This document shows positions 25,902-30,569 of a stretch of 30,569 nucleotides of DNA, piece after piece; within the stretch, counting starts at the first letter, position 1, and each line of letters starts with the position of its first letter. The notes below the pieces were generated by a model. It did not search any database. It was given only the letters and a program-made list of their open reading frames with translations, and had not been told where the DNA came from. Both the position numbers and the translations under genes were made by a program. The DNA comes from a virus (taxonomy: Duplodnaviria; Caudoviricetes), in the IMG/VR virus record IMGVR_UViG_3300028599_000016, positions 1 through 30,569 of that record. The stretch is one strand, 5' to 3'.

Positions 25902-26193
25902 ACCTCATGTAGAAGCTAAGCAAACATATCCAATTAACACTAGTGAGATTGAACTGATACATCGTGTCTTTGGTGGCACTAAGATTATTTGCAAGTCTGT
26001 TGCCACTATAGATACTGGCGGTGGTGTGATGAATGATCTGTACGGCACTAAATGTGGTAAACTTATAGTAGTAGCTGAGTATCATGCATTCTTGTATAAG
26101 AATATATCAGACTATTATGATGGTGCTGATTACATAGCTACATTTGAGTGGAATATGCCATTGTATAGTATTCAAGAGTTAGCGGAGATGTAA
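25894..26193 (+). CDS. Hypothetical protein
   Basis: 99-aa ORF overlapping the previous stop. Confidence 0.65.
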   Translation: MNKPHVEAKQTYPINTSEIELIHRVFGGTKIICKSVATIDTGGGVMNDLYGTKCGKLIVVAEYHAFLYKNISDYYDGADYIATFEWNMPLYSIQELAEM

Positions 26194-26194
26194 T

Positions 26195-26266
26195 ATGAAA
26201 CGATCAGTTGCATTTATTATGCTTTGTTGTATTGCTTGGGCAATATATAATATAGCAACAATGTAG
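26195..26266 (+). CDS. 23-aa hydrophobic peptide MKRSVAFIMLCCIAWAIYNIATM
   Basis: GGAG RBS. Fills the gap before the terminator and has a single-TM profile. Confidence 0.45.
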   Translation: MKRSVAFIMLCCIAWAIYNIATM

Positions 26267-26269
26267 AGT

Positions 26270-26303
26270 AAAAGGAGGAACCTAAATAGTTCCTCCTTTT
26301 TTT
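26270..26303. terminator. Bidirectional intrinsic terminator between convergent operons
   Basis: AAAAGGAGGAAC-CTAAATA-GTTCCTCCTTTTTTT. Confidence 0.88.
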
Positions 26304-26304
26304 A

Positions 26305-26946
26305 TTACTGGGCGTTTGGATGCATTAGTGCGTAACGTGCTATTAGTGCTTCAGATAGTGATACACTATTAAACTCATCACCAAGCATCTCAGTGATCTC
26401 AAATAGGTGGTCATTGTCTTCTTTACCACCCCAGTTCTTCAAGTATGTTCCTTCCTTATAACCATTGTCTTGTCTAAACCAGTTCAGGATATTCTTACCA
26501 ACATACAGTTTGTATAAATCATTCCAAGTCATGCTAGCATGCTGCATTGCTACGATGAAGTTCTGTAATGGGAATATGTTCTGAGTAATCATAGCATAGC
26601 CTATACCTAAAACACATGTAATTAGGCCAGCTTCCTGGTTTTGTAAATCTTCCTCAGCTTTAAGTAGGTTCTCAAATAGTACTTCACTATCGCCATGATA
26701 TTGTAAATGGTGTGCCAGGAAGAAGTGCCATATATCAATAAGTTCCATTGCAATGGCATCCCAGTTAGGTTCAACACCAATGTTCTTCCAGTGTTTCCAA
26801 CCTACATGATCTATAATCTCAGCGCACTCCATATGAATACACAGGTTATAGTTGTGTCCTTTAGTTCGCCAGTCAGGTCCATCAATACGGACTTCTAACT
26901 GTTCTTGCATGCGAACCATCTCTTCTAGCTGTTTAAATTTAATCAC
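26305..26946 (-). CDS. Dimeric (all-alpha, dUTPase_2-type) dUTPase
   Basis: E.AE..D...WKHWK, ELIDIWHFFL, Y.GKN.LN.FRQDNGYKEG.Y.K.W.G.EDN signature motifs. GTG start with GGAG RBS. Confidence 0.9.
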   Translation of the reverse strand: MIKFKQLEEMVRMQEQLEVRIDGPDWRTKGHNYNLCIHMECAEIIDHVGWKHWKNIGVEPNWDAIAMELIDIWHFFLAHHLQYHGDSEVLFENLLKAEEDLQNQEAGLITCVLGIGYAMITQNIFPLQNFIVAMQHASMTWNDLYKLYVGKNILNWFRQDNGYKEGTYLKNWGGKEDNDHLFEITEMLGDEFNSVSLSEALIARYALMHPNAQ

Positions 26947-26956
26947 TTACTTCTCC

Positions 26957-26990
26957 AAAAAGAAAGGCCCACATGAATGCAGGCCTTTCT
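26957..26990 (-). terminator. Intrinsic terminator after 27011-27592
   Basis: Minus strand AGAAAGGCCTGCAT-TC-ATGTGGGCCTTTCT followed by TTTT. Confidence 0.8.
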
Positions 26991-27010
26991 ATTATTTACA
27001 CAGGACTAAC

Positions 27011-27592
27011 TTACTCTGCTGCTTCTTCAGCTTCAGCTTCAGCTTCTTCAGCTGCAATACGTGCTGCTTCTTCAGCCTGAGCTTCATGATATGCAACAAC
27101 AGCTGCTTCCAAAGCTTCAGGATCTTCAAGAGCTGCATCCAGGTCTTCAGTTGAAGCAAATGCCAATTCAGGAATTGGATACTCAGCTACAAAGCCACGA
27201 GCTTCCTCAAGTGAGTCAAGATGTTCTTGAATCTCTGTTGGAAGGACTTCACCAGCTGCAACTTGATCAAGCAATGCTTCTTTGCCTTTCTTGAAATCAC
27301 GTTGCTGTTTGGTCCACAGACTGGTACCAAGCTTACACATTGTGTTCAGACCAGAAGCAGAGTTTGCTTTGGCACCAAACTCAACGAATTCAACAGGCAA
27401 CCATACCTTGAAGTAGTAATCCATGATACCAACCACATCACCAGCTTCATTGCGATGGATAGCAGTAGCACCACCACCAGCACCTTTAGCTGACATGATC
27501 TCAACCAGTTCAGGCATGATGGTCTTAACCTTCTTGTCTTCATTTGCCAACAGAATTGCATTGATTGGCAGAAAAGCTTTCTTAATAGTCAT
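27011..27592 (-). CDS. Hypothetical protein with an acidic Glu/Ala tail, paralogue of 21235-21696
   Basis: Own promoter, GAGGT RBS and terminator. C-terminus AAEEAEAEAEEAAE. Confidence 0.85.
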   Translation of the reverse strand: MTIKKAFLPINAILLANEDKKVKTIMPELVEIMSAKGAGGGATAIHRNEAGDVVGIMDYYFKVWLPVEFVEFGAKANSASGLNTMCKLGTSLWTKQQRDFKKGKEALLDQVAAGEVLPTEIQEHLDSLEEARGFVAEYPIPELAFASTEDLDAALEDPEALEAAVVAYHEAQAEEAARIAAEEAEAEAEEAAE

Positions 27593-27680
27593 TTGTAACT
27601 TACCTCGTAGTTTTAATTAAAGGACTCACTTTCGTGAGACTGTACTTTCAATGAAATCAATAAAATTAATTCCACTGAAC

Positions 27681-27824
27681 ATATATTATATCAAAAAAAT
27701 CTACCAAAGTACACATAGTATTTGATTTAATTTTGATGGCAAGTCAGTAAGTAAAGTTATATAAAATGGTTTAATTTAATCAAATACTATGTGTACTTCA
27801 GTAGATTTTTGTGATATAATATAT
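27681..27824. promoter_or_regulatory. Back-to-back divergent promoters forming a 47-bp inverted repeat (44/47 identical)
   Basis: 27681-27727 is the reverse complement of 27778-27824. Each arm reads TGTACT-17-TATAAT with extended TG. Confidence 0.85.
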
Positions 27825-27867
27825 ATTGAAAGCGAAGATCTTACTTAACCAAAGGAGTAACTATGAA

Positions 27868-28176
27868 GTGAAAACCAGTGCAACACGTAAGCTTTTACCA
27901 GAAGCTGATATAATTATACTAAAGCAAAGAGTGGAGTTTGGTGTTCCACTTAACAAGGCATGCAGACTGTTACATCCTGACATATCAAACGTTGTAGTTA
28001 TACGACTAGTTAACTGGCATACTGAACTCCAGGAATGCTTGGACAATGAAGAATTTGAGAAGTATGACGGTATGCATAACAGTCTGTATCCACCATGGTT
28101 ACCTCACGAACAACCTGATGAAGCTTGTTATAACGGTGAGTTCCCATATGGATATTGGAGTATAGAAAATGGGTGA
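27868..28176 (+). CDS. Hypothetical protein (possible HTH)
   Basis: The track's TTG at 27826 lies at the predicted transcription start. The in-frame GTG at 27868 follows an AAGGAG RBS. Confidence 0.6.
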   Translation: MKTSATRKLLPEADIIILKQRVEFGVPLNKACRLLHPDISNVVVIRLVNWHTELQECLDNEEFEKYDGMHNSLYPPWLPHEQPDEACYNGEFPYGYWSIENG

Positions 28177-28438
28177 GATGGCTGATTTACATGCAGATAT
28201 GTGGGATTGTCCTGATGAGGACTGGGGATATGAACCTGAAGTTCTAATCGGTGTTAAAGTACTTCATGTAACTGAAAAAGCTATACTAATAGAATATAAA
28301 AATAAAACAGCGTGGTTTCCTAAATCTATTTGCTTTGTAGATGGTGATTGTATTGAATTTGAAGAATGGTTTAATCCTAATTGGGAAGTCTCACAATCAA
28401 GAACTAAAGTAAAACCAATAGAAGGTGACTATGTATGA
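28169..28438 (+). CDS. Hypothetical phage protein
   Basis: MGEMAD start, TEKAIL...WFPKS motif, GGAG RBS. Confidence 0.7.
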   Translation: MGEMADLHADMWDCPDEDWGYEPEVLIGVKVLHVTEKAILIEYKNKTAWFPKSICFVDGDCIEFEEWFNPNWEVSQSRTKVKPIEGDYV

Positions 28439-30567
28439 TTACAGACACAGGTCCATTCATTGATCTTGGATGGCGAACTATCTCATTAGGTGGAGAGCTA
28501 AAGCGGTTACCTAATGGGAAGAAAACAATACCAATCTTTGGCAAGAACTGGTTAGAGAATGCATTGAATGATGTAGAATTCAAGCCAGCACCATTAGGCG
28601 GAGTGGTTACAGGTAAAGAATCAAATATAATTGCTATAGACTGTGACAATACTGTTACGTATAATATGTTTAAAGCACTTGACCCTGAGTATGACTTTCA
28701 CTTTGTATCTAAAGGTAAGCGAGATAAGAGTGGCGAGCTCCAGGAAAGTGGTACTATAATATATAGATACACAGAAGAGCTCATGGATAGCTTCAAGATA
28801 GCTAATGGTTCTATGGAACTGGACTTCTTATCTAATGGCCGTATGGCATACTTACCTACAGAAGCTAATGAAACTAAAGAACCTTGGGTACACCTTCAAA
28901 TTGAAATGAATGGTAAACCTAAAGATGCTCCATCTGAAGTTATTGCCTTACTTAAAGCAATACAGACAGCGAAAGAAGCTAAGCCTTTAGTTCAATCAGC
29001 AGTTAGTCACCATAAGTTTAACCTTGCACCTCAAGTTGAGATGTTTGTTAAGACAGGTAAAGTGGCTAAAGCACTGTTCAAGTTGTTAACACCATACGAC
29101 TTTAGAGACTGTGATGAATACAAACAGAATGGTTTCGTTGATCCTGCTAATGTAGAGGATGGTCGTGGAAGTGAATACCTAAGTAAGGTATCCGCTATCC
29201 TGGGTGCTGATGCTAGTGTTGATGTTGATCTATACATTAAAGCAATGCGAGAGATCAACGAGCAGTTTGCTGACCCAATGGCGGTCAAGCGTATCAATGC
29301 TACAATCATTGAACCTATGTGTGAAGGTGTAGCAACAGGTGCAGACGGTAATCCTATCTGGGAAGAAGATCCAGACTGGCAATCCTCTGTTATGACCTTC
29401 CTTACTAGATACAACACAGTGATCCATGTTTTCTATGACTACATGAGACGTGTCTATTATGTTATTGACCTAGCAGAAGAAGGTGTTCAACAGTTCTCTC
29501 AGATACAAACATTAGGTAATCATCTTAACAGCATTACCTTTGAGCGTATGAAACCAATAGAGATAACAAGTTCAGTACCTAATGTATTAGCTTCATCTCA
29601 ACCAGAGAAGTTATTTGGCTTTCATACAGACGGTCTTAAAGAACTATTCAATACATTCGTGAGCACACCTGCTTACAAAGCATTTAAGGTACCAGAAGAT
29701 TATGCAGAACATTATAAATTTCCGTCAATTACCCTTAAGTATTTGGAAACGTTGGTACCAGACGAACAAATGCGAAATTATCTACTCAGATTTCTTAGAC
29801 GCAAACTTGACAAATTCGAGTATTCGCCTGTGGTGTTGTACTTTCTGGGCGTCCCAGGATCAGGTAAAGATACCTTTGTCTCACTTATCGAAGAAATCAT
29901 TGGAGACAATTCTCTGGCTAGACCCACTGCTAAAATCTTCTTGGAAAAGAATAATGCATGGATCCTTGATAAACTCTTCATCCAGCTTGATGAATATGGT
30001 GATCAGCTTACGAGTTATAACGACAAGCAAGAAGCATTAGGTCTACTCAAGCAATATACTGGTAAGCCTCGCATTGCAATTCGTGTCATGAGAGAAGATG
30101 CTTATAGTTATGATCATAAGGTTACATTCATTATGACAGCTAATAAGAATCCATTGATGTTAGATGTAGATGATAGGCGAGTCGCCTTATTCAATACACC
30201 TAATACAATGCTTGAAGCTGATTGGTTATACGTAGAGGGTGGTATTGAAGCTGTGCATGATAAGCTTGAAGCTGAAGTGCGTGATTTCTGTTATTACCTC
30301 TCAACTGAAGTAACTAACTTAACGCTTAAAGAGTATATGACACCGCCTGTATCTAAGGATAAGGAACGGTTGATTGCTGAAAGTATGCCAATTGCTAAGA
30401 GGTTAGCATACTACTTGAAGACACGTAACTGGCGTGAGTTCAAATCATTAGGTGATCAATATGGTCCACGTGCTTTATGGGATCGTGTTGATCAAAGTAA
30501 GTTGCTTGAGTGTGATATAGTAGAATTATATGAAGAACTCAAAGGCTCAGAACCTGATCCACGAGCT
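28435..30567 (+). CDS. Bifunctional primase-polymerase / SF3 (D5/DUF5906-like) helicase, runs off the right edge (partial)
   Basis: Not in the ORF track because it has no stop. ATGA overlap at 28435. Prim-Pol motif GGVVTGKESNIIAIDCD, Walker A GVPGSGKDT, Walker B IQLDE, motif C FIMTAN. Confidence 0.88.
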   Translation, partial: MITDTGPFIDLGWRTISLGGELKRLPNGKKTIPIFGKNWLENALNDVEFKPAPLGGVVTGKESNIIAIDCDNTVTYNMFKALDPEYDFHFVSKGKRDKSGELQESGTIIYRYTEELMDSFKIANGSMELDFLSNGRMAYLPTEANETKEPWVHLQIEMNGKPKDAPSEVIALLKAIQTAKEAKPLVQSAVSHHKFNLAPQVEMFVKTGKVAKALFKLLTPYDFRDCDEYKQNGFVDPANVEDGRGSEYLSKVSAILGADASVDVDLYIKAMREINEQFADPMAVKRINATIIEPMCEGVATGADGNPIWEEDPDWQSSVMTFLTRYNTVIHVFYDYMRRVYYVIDLAEEGVQQFSQIQTLGNHLNSITFERMKPIEITSSVPNVLASSQPEKLFGFHTDGLKELFNTFVSTPAYKAFKVPEDYAEHYKFPSITLKYLETLVPDEQMRNYLLRFLRRKLDKFEYSPVVLYFLGVPGSGKDTFVSLIEEIIGDNSLARPTAKIFLEKNNAWILDKLFIQLDEYGDQLTSYNDKQEALGLLKQYTGKPRIAIRVMREDAYSYDHKVTFIMTANKNPLMLDVDDRRVALFNTPNTMLEADWLYVEGGIEAVHDKLEAEVRDFCYYLSTEVTNLTLKEYMTPPVSKDKERLIAESMPIAKRLAYYLKTRNWREFKSLGDQYGPRALWDRVDQSKLLECDIVELYEELKGSEPDPRA

Positions 30568-30569
30568 AC

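Larger units (their letters stand above)
1..30569. mobile_element. Tailed bacteriophage (Caudoviricetes) genome fragment, probably podovirus-like
   Basis: Contains TerL, major capsid, scaffold, tailspikes, endolysin-like peptidase and primase-helicase. Genes are tightly coupled (ATGA/TAATG overlaps). No tape measure, sheath or host housekeeping genes in the window. Confidence 0.96.

Noticed and set aside
28404-30040. Track ORFs in this span (28404-28649, 29031-29417, 29230-29427, 29702-30040, 29778-29981)
   Set aside because: All lie on or within the long primase-helicase frame starting at 28435, which the track missed because it has no stop in the window.
1-30569. Stop-codon reassignment, or prophage integration features
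   Set aside because: Genes are intact under the standard code and use TAA, TGA and TAG stops. No integrase, att site or host boundary is visible.

Overview
A 30.6-kb fragment of a tailed dsDNA bacteriophage, probably podovirus-type. No host genes, integrase, tRNA or CRISPR array were seen. The left arm (1-18344, minus strand) is a morphogenesis operon. In transcription order it holds a scaffold, an N4-gp56/DUF4043-like major capsid, a decoration protein, two tiny basic proteins, a head-tail adaptor, a large tailspike/fibre module, a lysis-like trio (holin-like, M15 peptidase, alpha/beta hydrolase), a nozzle-like protein and internal virion proteins. An RHH-like regulator, a TerS candidate and TerL (18461-20719) are transcribed divergently from it, and no portal lies between them. 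Positions 20720-22260 are a mostly non-coding control region. Small early genes follow (22262-26266), then a dimeric dUTPase, an acidic-tailed paralogue of the control-region gene, and a Prim-Pol/SF3 helicase. The most unusual structure is a ~1.1-kb cassette bracketed by two collinear 102-bp inverted arms (20727-20828 and 21926-22027). It contains a near-consensus Fur box, an ArcA-like triple repeat, an extended -10 promoter, a folded leader with a boxA-like motif, one gene, a terminator and a candidate structured RNA. Other highlights are two mirror-image promoter pairs, a pseudoknot/anti-SD leader on the capsid gene, covarying RNase III-like hairpins and an active/inactive SprT pair. All functional calls come from motif recognition by eye, not from database searches.
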